Part shown: piece by piece, positions 17,650-26,587 of the stretch
How positions within the stretch are numbered: position 1 is the first letter of the stretch
How the letters are laid out: each line of letters opens with the position of its first letter
IMG/VR virus record: IMGVR_UViG_3300034072_000514
Span: 1-64,000 of that record
DNA from: a virus
Reading direction: 5' to 3' (one strand)
DNA length: 64,000 nt
Made by a program: the position numbers and the translations under genes
The notes under the pieces: model-generated
Seen by the model: the letters and a program-made list of their open reading frames with translations, nothing else
Databases searched by the model: none
Told to the model about the DNA's origin: nothing

Positions 17650-18433
17650 CGAATGAGAGCGCAGTTTAAACCGGGAGAATTCGGTGAATCCCCGCTAGGG
17701 CAATACCGAGCCGAGCTTAAGTAGCAATACTTTTGAAGGTGTAACGACTATCCCGAAAGGGAGTACACTCAAGCGAGTGGAAGCACCCGGCATGAGAAAT
17801 CATGATGATATAGTCTGATCTATATAGTAATATATAGCTGTTGCCGCACAACAGAGAAATAAATGGAAGAAGTTTTTGTACCAATAACAAATTACGAAGG
17901 TATTTATGAAATATCGAATTTAGGTAGAGTCAAGAGTTTAGCCAGGGTATCTGCAAGCGGAGCTAAACTAGCACCAAAGATCTTAAAGACATCAGTCAAT
18001 GGCGCTGGTTACCTTAGCGTTTCGCTGTATAAAGGCGAAGGTAAGTGGACAACAAGAGTTCATTGCTTGGTAGCCGCTGCTTTTGTAGAAAATAAGAACC
18101 CCGCTAAATTCAATATAATAAACCACCTTGATGGAGACAAACTCAACCCTGCTAGCACAAACTTAGAGTGGAGCGACCACTCAGGCAACGCACTGCACAG
18201 CTACGCTAGCGGTTTAAGTAGTAACCAAGGTATAACTCACCGATCGAACAAGCTAACTGAAGATGAAGTTAGGTATATTAGATCACAAAAGGGATTGGTA
18301 CATATAGATGAGCTAACTAGTAAATTCAACGTACACCGCCAGACCATTTACGGTATTTGGCAAGGTAAGTACTGGAAGAGTTTGAAATAAGCGGCAACGG
18401 TAGTAATCTAGCGAATTACTGCGAACACAAATG
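17650..18433 (+). mobile_element. Group I intron in the DNA polymerase gene
   Basis: Joining 17649 to 18434 gives KPFLYA|FLFGGGADK, a complete Pol A motif B. The core is highly similar to the intron at 8021..8800, and the intron ends in ...cacaaatG. Confidence 0.8.
17863..18390 (+). CDS. Intron-encoded HNH homing endonuclease (NUMOD4 + HNH)
   Basis: ITNYEGIYEISNLGRVKS, then HCLVAAAFVENKNP..INHLDGDKLN..NLEW. Confidence 0.85.
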   Translation: MEEVFVPITNYEGIYEISNLGRVKSLARVSASGAKLAPKILKTSVNGAGYLSVSLYKGEGKWTTRVHCLVAAAFVENKNPAKFNIINHLDGDKLNPASTNLEWSDHSGNALHSYASGLSSNQGITHRSNKLTEDEVRYIRSQKGLVHIDELTSKFNVHRQTIYGIWQGKYWKSLK

Positions 18434-18927
18434 TTTTATTCGGAGGAGGCGCTGACAAGCTTGCGCTGATTCTTGTTGGAAAGCGTGAAACCAAAATTGG
18501 TAAGGCTGCAAAGGAAGTCTTTATTAAGAAGACTCCTGGATTGGAGACTTTGCTGACTAAGGTTAACAACGCATTTGATGCAAGTGCCGAGCGTAATAAC
18601 GGGCAGGGCACTATCCCCTGTATTGATGGTAGGAAGATCTATGTAGACTCTAAACATAAGGCGCTCAACTACCTCCTTCAGAGTTGCGAAGCAGTCACCT
18701 GTAAAGCTGCAGTTGCAATGTTGATGGATGAGCTTGATAAGGCAGGTATCCCATATGAGCCTAGAATCTTCTATCACGACGAGGTCCAATTTGATGTGCC
18801 GGAGGCTCATGCAGAACAAGCCGCAGCAATTGCTAAGATGTGTTTTAAAGAAGCCCCAAAACAGTTTGGTGTAATGATTATGGATGGAGAAGCTAAAATT
18901 GGAAACAACTGGTACGAATGCCATTAA
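18434..18927 (+). CDS. Family A DNA polymerase, exon 2
   Basis: YHDEVQFDV (motif C) and a C-terminal ...NNWYECH. Confidence 0.9.
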
Positions 18928-19372
18928 CCATAGCTATTATGTTTATATACACTTAGAAAATAATATACCTGTATATGTAGGTCAGGGTCAGAATTATAGA
19001 GCATGGAATTCAGGGAGAGATAAGAATCTTTTACATTCAGAATGGATGAAAAACAGTCTAAAATGGATGGATAAGACCCATAACATCTCTATAGTAGAAA
19101 ATTTGTCTCATGAAGACTCATTAAAGTTAGAAAAAGAGTTAATCGCTAAGCATCTACCTAGATTTAACGCTACTCCTATTAGGCTTGAAGAACAAAGAAG
19201 AGAAGCAATAGCTAACCGCATAGCTAATGGTAAGAATGCAGCTGTATGCTCTGTATCAGTAGCTAATCGTAATCTTAAACGGGCGGTGTGCCCTACATGT
19301 GGTAAAGAAGGCGGGATGATGGCCATGGCTAGATGGCACGGTCTAGATGGCAGTAAATGTAATTATCGGTGA
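18884..19372 (+). CDS. Free-standing GIY-YIG-type endonuclease
   Basis: YYVYIHLENNIPVYVGQGQNYRAW plus a C-terminal CPTCG. It overlaps the last 44 nt of DNAP exon 2. Confidence 0.6.
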   Translation: MEKLKLETTGTNAINHSYYVYIHLENNIPVYVGQGQNYRAWNSGRDKNLLHSEWMKNSLKWMDKTHNISIVENLSHEDSLKLEKELIAKHLPRFNATPIRLEEQRREAIANRIANGKNAAVCSVSVANRNLKRAVCPTCGKEGGMMAMARWHGLDGSKCNYR

Positions 19373-19380
19373 CAACTACT

Positions 19381-19653
19381 ATGACGTCCACTAAGATTGT
19401 GATTCTTGAAGTTCGTAGATATTTCCTTAAGACCTCTGATAGGATATTCGTTACTAAAAGTGGGGTCACTCGCGATCCTAGAAAGGCCTTGATGGAGGAG
19501 GTACCTAAATCTAACGGAAAGCGACCAGTAGCGCTTGCTATAAAAACTAAGATGCTATCTTTGCATAAAGGTACTATTTCTGAAAACATGGTTAAAATTA
19601 CTGATTTAGCTGAGGTCACTCAAGATGAGCCAATTATTGCAGAAGCCGCCTAA
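19381..19653 (+). CDS. Hypothetical protein
   Basis: ATG at 19381 within ORF 19369..19653. Confidence 0.5.
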   Translation: MTSTKIVILEVRRYFLKTSDRIFVTKSGVTRDPRKALMEEVPKSNGKRPVALAIKTKMLSLHKGTISENMVKITDLAEVTQDEPIIAEAA

Positions 19654-20155
19654 TAACATATTAAGAGCTTATCGAGGATGTAACTTATTCGAAGAGCTAA
19701 CTCAAACACAAAAAGAAGCGCGGTATAATGCGTTCTATATGCGATGTGCATTTAATGCTGCAGAGCTATCTTTCGCTACTAGGCGTAAGGTAGGCGCAAT
19801 TGCAGTTAGGCACGGTAACATTGTGGGTTTTGGTTTTAACGGCACTCCCGCTGGTGCTGCTAACCAATGTGAAGACGAATGTGGTAACACTTTGCCATCT
19901 GTTATACATGCAGAAGCCAACTTGATATCTAAGCTAAATATGCTGGGTATCATACTTTCTGAAGTTAGTATCTACGTAACTAAGGAGCCTTGTAAGAGTT
20001 GTGCTGGCCTAATAGTTAATGAGTTGGAGTATCTTGACAGCTCTAGCTTTAAACTATTTTTTGCGGAAAGCTCAAAAACTAAACCACAAGAAGGGTTGGA
20101 ACACTTATACCATCTAACAAAAGCACAAATTTTTAAGGTAGAAAAACCATGCTAG
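19625..20155 (+). CDS. dCMP (deoxycytidylate) deaminase
   Basis: Zinc-binding motifs HAEANLI and PCKSCAGLI. Confidence 0.8.
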   Translation: MSQLLQKPPNNILRAYRGCNLFEELTQTQKEARYNAFYMRCAFNAAELSFATRRKVGAIAVRHGNIVGFGFNGTPAGAANQCEDECGNTLPSVIHAEANLISKLNMLGIILSEVSIYVTKEPCKSCAGLIVNELEYLDSSSFKLFFAESSKTKPQEGLEHLYHLTKAQIFKVEKPC

Positions 20156-20868
20156 CTCTGATAGACGGCGACCCTCTCGTGTACACCGCGAGCTGGGGCA
20201 AGGCCACACCAGGGGACGCTAAAGCACACCTCAGGTGGCTGGTGAACGATGCGATTGAGACTACTATGGCTGAGGACTATCTTATAGCAATAGGTAACAG
20301 GGATAGCTCACGTAATTTCAGGTGTGAGCTGTTTCCTTTCTATAAGAAGTCTGCTACACGGCAAGGCTCTAAGGAGAAGTTGCAAGACTGGTTTCCTAAG
20401 ATCAAAGACTGTCTTGCCGGGATGCTTAATGTTTATGAGTGCGATGGGTACGAGGCTGACGATCAGCTGCGTATCTGGGCAGGTGAAGCTGAAAGAAGCT
20501 CTGACCCTTTTGTGATACACTCTATTGATAAAGATCTGGACGCTATTGTTGGATTACACTACAACTCTAAGCGGAAGGAATTTTACAAAGTACCGCAGGA
20601 ATACGCTGATTGGTTCTTTTGGAAGCAATGTCTTATGGGAGACTCCATTGACAATATTCCAGGGATACCTCGCGTAGGTCCTGTTACCGCAGATAACATT
20701 TTAGCTCCCGGCAAGAACTGGGATGACTGGGAACGACTCACAGTAACTGCCTACAAAGGTAAATACGGTGATCAGTGGTGGGAGTACCTTATGGCAAATG
20801 CTAGATTGCTTCATATCTGGCGCTTTCATAATGACCACTTCCAACTTGACAAGGCTAAGTACGACTAA
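20149..20868 (+). CDS. 5'-3' exonuclease / flap endonuclease
   Basis: LIDGDPLVY, YEADDQL, IDKDL and the H3TH segment GDSIDNIPGIPRVGPVTA. Confidence 0.85.
   Translation: MLALIDGDPLVYTASWGKATPGDAKAHLRWLVNDAIETTMAEDYLIAIGNRDSSRNFRCELFPFYKKSATRQGSKEKLQDWFPKIKDCLAGMLNVYECDGYEADDQLRIWAGEAERSSDPFVIHSIDKDLDAIVGLHYNSKRKEFYKVPQEYADWFFWKQCLMGDSIDNIPGIPRVGPVTADNILAPGKNWDDWERLTVTAYKGKYGDQWWEYLMANARLLHIWRFHNDHFQLDKAKYD
20205..20240 (+). promoter_or_regulatory. GACGCTAAAGC motif, copy B, located inside the FEN coding sequence
   Basis: 19-nt identity with the intergenic copy A, followed by tcaggtggc. Confidence 0.3.
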
Positions 20869-20919
20869 GCCTTAATTGCGTTAGCTATTTAATCAATCAA
20901 CTTATTTTACTGGTACATC

Positions 20920-21513
20920 ATGACAAACCAAACTCAAGCTCAAAACACTGTTGAAACTTCTGACGTTGCCGCTCACACCGAGCTGGCCGTACCTGCTACT
21001 GTAGTTAAGGATAAAAAGGTTAAGCCTGATCCTAAGTCTCTTACTCAAGAGCAGTTGAAGGCAGTGCTCGAGCTTCGAGATGACGGCTACTTCTACTATG
21101 TGCAAGACTCTCGTTTCCACCTTAAGGGTGACTTCGCTGGATCTATTCGTGCACACGACGGTTACTACAGCCTCACCCTCAATGGTAACCTGTATAGCGG
21201 TAAGATGCTTGCCCACTTCTACAACACAAACGAATGGGTGAACTTTACAAAGGGAGCTCGACTCGATAAGGATGGTAACCCTATCGCTAAGACTCCTAAG
21301 AAAGAGAAGACAGAGCGTGCTCCACGCACACCTCCCGTGTTCACACCTGAGCAGATTGAAGCTGCAAAGGCTGCGGCTGCGGCTAAGCGGGAGGCTGCTA
21401 AGAAAAAGGCTGAAGCTGCGAATGAAGTAACTTCAGAAGAACCTACCGAAACCAATCAAGCTGTGGCTAACCCGGCTATTGAAACCGAAGTTGAAACTGA
21501 TCCAGATTTCTGA
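20920..21513 (+). CDS. Hypothetical protein, paralog 1, with a Lys/Ala-rich region and an acidic tail ending in Phe
   Basis: LTQEQLKAVLELRDDGYFYYV..GDFAGSI aligns with the next gene. Ends in ...ETDPDF. Confidence 0.65.
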   Translation: MTNQTQAQNTVETSDVAAHTELAVPATVVKDKKVKPDPKSLTQEQLKAVLELRDDGYFYYVQDSRFHLKGDFAGSIRAHDGYYSLTLNGNLYSGKMLAHFYNTNEWVNFTKGARLDKDGNPIAKTPKKEKTERAPRTPPVFTPEQIEAAKAAAAAKREAAKKKAEAANEVTSEEPTETNQAVANPAIETEVETDPDF

Positions 21514-21571
21514 ATTAGTTTTTTAGCTTAACCTGACTTTTAATTGCAATTTTATAGTTTTAAGGATTAAT

Positions 21572-22147
21572 ATGACCGATTTCAACTCTAACACTTCCGA
21601 CATTACTGCTGAATCCGCTGGCGGCGCTCCAACTACCGAAGTGGTGGCTACTGTTAAGAAGACTAGCAAGCCGAAGGACTACGTTACTAAGGAGAACCTG
21701 ACGCAAGAGCTGCTGAAGGAATGGTTGGTGCTGGGTGAAGATAACTATTTCTACTGGGTCAAGCCTACTGTGCGTTCGCTGGCCGGTGACTTCGCTGGTA
21801 CTATCAACATCGCTACTGACAAGTACACTGTTGTGTTCAAGGGTACCACCTATAATGGCGTGGCTCTGCGCCAGTTCTATAACGAAGGTACATGGCCTGC
21901 TACAGCAGTTCGTCAGCCCAAGCTGGATGAGAATGGTAACCCAATTGTGAAGGCTGCACCTGTTCCTCGTGTTCAACGTGTTGCTCCTACCTTCACTCCC
22001 GAACAGCGTGAAGCTGCTAAGAAGGCTCACCAAGACAAGCTGGCGGCTCTGGCTGCAAGTAAGGCTGCTAAGAAGGCTGCAGAAGCCACTAAGGTTTCAG
22101 AAACTGAAGTGGTGCAGCAAGCTCAGGCAGAATCTGGCGAGTTCTAA
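21572..22147 (+). CDS. Hypothetical protein, paralog 2
   Basis: LTQELLKEWLVLGEDNYFYWV..GDFAGTI. Ends in ...AESGEF. Confidence 0.65.
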   Translation: MTDFNSNTSDITAESAGGAPTTEVVATVKKTSKPKDYVTKENLTQELLKEWLVLGEDNYFYWVKPTVRSLAGDFAGTINIATDKYTVVFKGTTYNGVALRQFYNEGTWPATAVRQPKLDENGNPIVKAAPVPRVQRVAPTFTPEQREAAKKAHQDKLAALAASKAAKKAAEATKVSETEVVQQAQAESGEF

Positions 22148-22158
22148 GTTAAACACAC

Positions 22159-22596
22159 ATGGCTACTGTCAAGAAAATTGACAATGGCCACTGGATGTTC
22201 CCTGAACAGCTAGACTTTAAAAAGGCCCAAGGATTCATCTACGTTATTCGTAGAGTTTCTACGGGCCAAATTTATATAGGCAAAAAGAACTTTCGTAGTG
22301 GCGCTAAAAAAGATTTTGGGCGTCAATCAAACTGGAGATCATATACCAGCTCATCAAAAGATGTAAATACGCTTATAGAAACGTTTGGTAAAGAGGACTT
22401 CCGGTTCTTTGTTGTAGAACAATACTACACCAAAGGTGGCTTAGGCTGGGCCGAAACGTGGTCCCAATGCTATGCTGAAGTAGCATCAAATCACGTGAAA
22501 TACCTAAACAGGTTAATTGAGAAAGTCAGCTGGAAATCTACAGAGAAGGTTACAGACAGACACAAAGATAGATTAACTAAACTCATGAATCTATAA
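22159..22596 (+). CDS. Free-standing GIY-YIG homing endonuclease (Seg-like)
   Basis: GFIYVIRRVSTGQIYIGKKNFRSG near the N-terminus. Confidence 0.65.
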   Translation: MATVKKIDNGHWMFPEQLDFKKAQGFIYVIRRVSTGQIYIGKKNFRSGAKKDFGRQSNWRSYTSSSKDVNTLIETFGKEDFRFFVVEQYYTKGGLGWAETWSQCYAEVASNHVKYLNRLIEKVSWKSTEKVTDRHKDRLTKLMNL

Positions 22597-24302
22597 TGGG
22601 AAAAGTAGTCAAAGCACATGTAGCTTGCTACGACACAGAAGGTTGCGGCAGCAGTGATGCGATGAGCATTTATGACGATGGTTTTGCTCACTGCTTTGCC
22701 TGCAACAAAAACTTTAAATCACGTGAGGACGGTGACGAACCAAGTCATACTCATGTGGAACGGAGTCAAAATAAATTGACAACAAAAAACAACGTACCTA
22801 GTATTTTAGAAATCGGTGAGTACGGTGTTCGTGGGTTCCAGAGTCGACAAATTAAAAAGGCTACCTGCGAGCATTTTGGAGTTAAAGTTAGTATTGATAG
22901 CTCCACTGGAGAGTTCGATGCTCATTATTATCCGTATACATCAAAGGGTAATGATGAGATTCATGGCTACAAAATCAGAAGGATGCCTAAAGAGTTTATT
23001 GTGTCAGGTAAGCAAAAAGGCTTATTTGGCGCTAATAAAGTAGACGGTTCCTCGGACAAAATGATTGTAATTGCCGAGGGCGAAATTGATGCTATGTCAA
23101 TTGCGCAAGCTTGGTTTAATAAATACGCAAAGTGGTACCCTGTTGTCACAATGGGTAGCGCGTCAAATGTAAAGGAGCTTCTAAACCACCGAGAGTGGAT
23201 TCGCTCATTTGATAAGGTAGTTTTATGGTTTGACAATGATGAGCCAGGCCGAAAAGCAGTATCTGAAGCTGCGCGCATTATCGGCTATGACAAGTGCTAT
23301 GATGTGCAGTCAGCTTTTAAGGATGCTAATGAAGCACTCTTATCAGACCCGAAAGACCCATCAGTAATCCTAAACCCGATTTACTCGGCTAAGCCATTCA
23401 GCCCGGTTGGGATTGTGTCTTCAGCATCTACTTGGGATATCTACAAGAAGAGCTCAAGCGCACAGTATGTCCCTTACCCTCCGTTCATGGAAACCCTTAA
23501 CGCTAAGAATTACGGCAGGCGTATGGGTAGTATCACGCTGTTAACATCTGGTACTGGTATGGGTAAGACATCTTGGGTGAAAGAGGATCAGTTCTTCCTG
23601 CACAAAACCCGACCAGCGGATGAGCGTATTGGTGTGCTGTCTCTTGAAGAGTCGGTAGCAGAAGCGGTTCAGAATCTTATGGCGCTAGAAGCTAATAAGC
23701 GTATTCAACTGCCAGATGTAGGTATGACAGATGAGGAAGAGCGTGCTTATTGGGAAGCTACTATGGGTAGTGACCGCTTTATGTTCCTGGACCACCAAGG
23801 CTCTATGGAGGACTCCTCGCTGGTAGATAAGATGGAGTACATGTGTCTCTCCGGTTGTAAGTTCTTGTATTTGGACCACATTACTATTGCTGTTAGTGAG
23901 TCTGCTAGTGCAGGTGCTGGTGACACTAATACTGCTATTGACAGCCTTATGTCTGACTTGCTTAAGCTAGCAAAAAGGCATGATGTATGGATTTGCGTTA
24001 TCTCGCATCTGCGCAAGACACCAAATGGTCAAAAATCATTTGAAGAAGGTGCAGTTCCTAGCGAAGATGATCTTAAGGGCTCAGGGTCTCTTAAGCAAAT
24101 CCCTATGCAAACATTTGCCATCTCTCGCAATAAGATGGACAAAGACCCTATTAAACAAAATACATCCATGTTCTGGGTGTTGAAAGACCGATTCACTGGA
24201 CGTACAGGATACGTAGACTCCTACCGATTTGATGAAGTAGATGGTCGATGCCATCGTGTAGATGCGGTGGAAGAGTCTTTTGAAGCGCTGGATTCAGAAT
24301 GA
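22596..24302 (+). CDS. Bifunctional primase-helicase (T7 gp4-like)
   Basis: N-terminal Cys4 zinc finger (CYDTEGC...HCFAC), TOPRIM (IAEGEIDAMS, LWFDNDEPG), and DnaB-type Walker A SGTGMGKT and Walker B FLYLDHI. Confidence 0.85.
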   Translation: MGKVVKAHVACYDTEGCGSSDAMSIYDDGFAHCFACNKNFKSREDGDEPSHTHVERSQNKLTTKNNVPSILEIGEYGVRGFQSRQIKKATCEHFGVKVSIDSSTGEFDAHYYPYTSKGNDEIHGYKIRRMPKEFIVSGKQKGLFGANKVDGSSDKMIVIAEGEIDAMSIAQAWFNKYAKWYPVVTMGSASNVKELLNHREWIRSFDKVVLWFDNDEPGRKAVSEAARIIGYDKCYDVQSAFKDANEALLSDPKDPSVILNPIYSAKPFSPVGIVSSASTWDIYKKSSSAQYVPYPPFMETLNAKNYGRRMGSITLLTSGTGMGKTSWVKEDQFFLHKTRPADERIGVLSLEESVAEAVQNLMALEANKRIQLPDVGMTDEEERAYWEATMGSDRFMFLDHQGSMEDSSLVDKMEYMCLSGCKFLYLDHITIAVSESASAGAGDTNTAIDSLMSDLLKLAKRHDVWICVISHLRKTPNGQKSFEEGAVPSEDDLKGSGSLKQIPMQTFAISRNKMDKDPIKQNTSMFWVLKDRFTGRTGYVDSYRFDEVDGRCHRVDAVEESFEALDSE

Positions 24303-24496
24303 GCTCATTTTCAGAAGCGCTGAATAATTGTACTTGTCCGGAAGAAGCTTACGTGCGTATAATTGGTAGCGAAGAGCACAGTGACTCTTCAAAAGAAGCG
24401 CTATTTCGCTTATGGATGGAACGACATGGTTGGACTGAAGTACCAAATGGTAGTCGCGAAATCCCTAATTACCGCATGATTGTTGTAGAATTTTAA
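24299..24496 (+). CDS. Hypothetical small protein
   Basis: 65-aa ORF with a 4-nt overlap with the helicase stop. Confidence 0.5.
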   Translation: MSSFSEALNNCTCPEEAYVRIIGSEEHSDSSKEALFRLWMERHGWTEVPNGSREIPNYRMIVVEF

Positions 24497-24508
24497 GGAG
24501 CTACTTTT

Positions 24509-26578
24509 TTGATTAACTATTTGGGTATTTGGATTGATACAAACAAGGATAACCAGCTGGAAGGCTACTCGAAAGAAATGCTTGCTAGCTTTTATATGCT
24601 AGGACATGAAACAAGCCCTCAGCATGCCTTTGCTAGAGCTGCAGTTGCTTGGAGTACCTACCGTGGCCGTACAAACTTCAGCATGGCGCAACGGCTTTAT
24701 GATGCTGTGTCTAACAAATGGTTTATGTACGCCTCACCTGTGTTGTCTAACGCATGGGAACACGGTGTCAAAATCAGGGGCTTGCCTATCTCCTGCTTCC
24801 TGTCTTTTGTACCAGACTCTATTGACGGCCTTATTGATCACTCATCGGAAGAGCGCCGCCTCTCTGTAATGGGAGGAGGTGTAGGAGGTCACTGGAGTGC
24901 TGTTAGAACAATCTCTGATATTGCTCCTGGCCCTATTCCGTTTATTCACACAGTAGATGCGGACATGGAAGCCTACAAGCAAGGCGACACTAGGAAGGGC
25001 TCATATGCTGCCTATCTGAGCATTGACCACCCAGACATCGAAGAGTTTATTAATATTCGTGTACCTACTGGAGACGTCAACCGTAAGGCTTTTGCTATTC
25101 ACAACGCTGTCAACATTACTGATGACTTCATGCAGAAGGTTATTAATGGTGAAGACTATGAGCTTATTGACCCGAAGTTGGGACCTACCGGAGAGTTTCG
25201 TAATGCGCGCCGAATGTTCGAGCGTTTGCTAGAAATTCGATTCCGTACAGGCGAACCCTACCTAAACTTTATTGATACTGCAAATGCTGCACTACCTGAA
25301 GTTCAAAAGAAGCTTGGTCTCAAAATCCACGGAAGCAATTTGTGTAATGAGATTCATCTTGCTACTGACGAGACTCGCACTGCTGTTTGTTGCCTTAGCA
25401 GCCTTAATTTGGAGTACTACGATGAGTGGAAGAACACCGATCTAGTTAAAGACTTGATCCGTATGCTAGATAACGTTCTTGAGTATTTTATTGAGAACGC
25501 GCCACCGTCTCTTCACAAAGCAGTACACTCTGCTCGCAGCGAACGCGCGCTTGGACTTGGGCAGATGGGCTTGCACAACCTGCTACAGTCTAAGAACTTG
25601 GTATACGGTAGTAAGGAGGCTCTGGCTCTGGATGATGAGATTAGCAAATTCATCAAGGCTGAAGCAGTAGAAGAAAGTAAAGCGCTCGCAATTCTACGTG
25701 GTGAACCGGATGATATGCGCGGCACCGGCCTGCGTAACAGCCATTTGCTTGCTATTGCGCCAAACGCTAGTAGTGCCCTACTGTTGGCGACTTCTCCTAG
25801 CACAGAGCAAAACAAAGCAAATGCTTACGTGCATCGTACTCGTGGCGGTAGCTTTCTGATCAAGAATCCTTACCTCAAAGCTACTCTCAAGAAGTATGGC
25901 AAGGACAACGATGATACCTGGCTGTCAATCGTGACCAACAAGGGTAGCGTGCAGCACCTAGATTTCTTGACTAATCATGAGAAACTCGTATTCTTGTGTG
26001 CAGCAGAAACTGATCAACACCGCGTTATAGATCACGCAGCTACTCGTCAGAAACACATTTGTCAAGGTCAAAGTGTAAACCTGTTCTTCTATCCAGGAGT
26101 GCAACGCTCTCATGTGAAAGACGTACATATCTATGCTTGGAAAAAGGGTCTGAAAGGTCTCTACTACCTTCGCACAGAATCTAAACAACGCGCTGATAAC
26201 ATTTCTAAAGGGGTTGAATTGAATAAACTTGTAGACGCACATGGTACTGTTATTTATGGCAAGCCAGGGTGCCCTCAGTGCAGTATGGCTAAGAGCCTAA
26301 TGGAATCTCGTGGTATTGAATTCGAGTATGTTGATATCTTAGCAAAATACCCTGGCAAAACTGCAGCAGAAATTACAGGACGGCCTGATGTCCGCAGCTT
26401 GCCTCAGATTTATCTTGATGGTGACTATATTGGCGGCTTTGACGCTTTGTACAAGTTCTTTAAAGATGCTGACGCAGCTGTTGAGGAAGAAGAGGAAGAC
26501 ACTCAAGCGAGCAATACAGCTATCCTAGCTAATGCTCCCCAGCTTGATATGGATACCTGTGTTTCTTGCAGCGGTTAA
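24509..26578 (+). CDS. nrdA: Class I ribonucleotide reductase alpha subunit with a C-terminal glutaredoxin/NrdH-like domain and no ATP-cone
   Basis: LPISCFL, GSNLCNEI, GLYYLR, then VIYGKPGCPQCSMAK...LPQIYLDGDYIGGFD, then the terminal CVSCSG. TTG start follows an aaggag RBS. Confidence 0.9.
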   Translation: MINYLGIWIDTNKDNQLEGYSKEMLASFYMLGHETSPQHAFARAAVAWSTYRGRTNFSMAQRLYDAVSNKWFMYASPVLSNAWEHGVKIRGLPISCFLSFVPDSIDGLIDHSSEERRLSVMGGGVGGHWSAVRTISDIAPGPIPFIHTVDADMEAYKQGDTRKGSYAAYLSIDHPDIEEFINIRVPTGDVNRKAFAIHNAVNITDDFMQKVINGEDYELIDPKLGPTGEFRNARRMFERLLEIRFRTGEPYLNFIDTANAALPEVQKKLGLKIHGSNLCNEIHLATDETRTAVCCLSSLNLEYYDEWKNTDLVKDLIRMLDNVLEYFIENAPPSLHKAVHSARSERALGLGQMGLHNLLQSKNLVYGSKEALALDDEISKFIKAEAVEESKALAILRGEPDDMRGTGLRNSHLLAIAPNASSALLLATSPSTEQNKANAYVHRTRGGSFLIKNPYLKATLKKYGKDNDDTWLSIVTNKGSVQHLDFLTNHEKLVFLCAAETDQHRVIDHAATRQKHICQGQSVNLFFYPGVQRSHVKDVHIYAWKKGLKGLYYLRTESKQRADNISKGVELNKLVDAHGTVIYGKPGCPQCSMAKSLMESRGIEFEYVDILAKYPGKTAAEITGRPDVRSLPQIYLDGDYIGGFDALYKFFKDADAAVEEEEEDTQASNTAILANAPQLDMDTCVSCSG

Positions 26579-26587
26579 GGAGTAATA

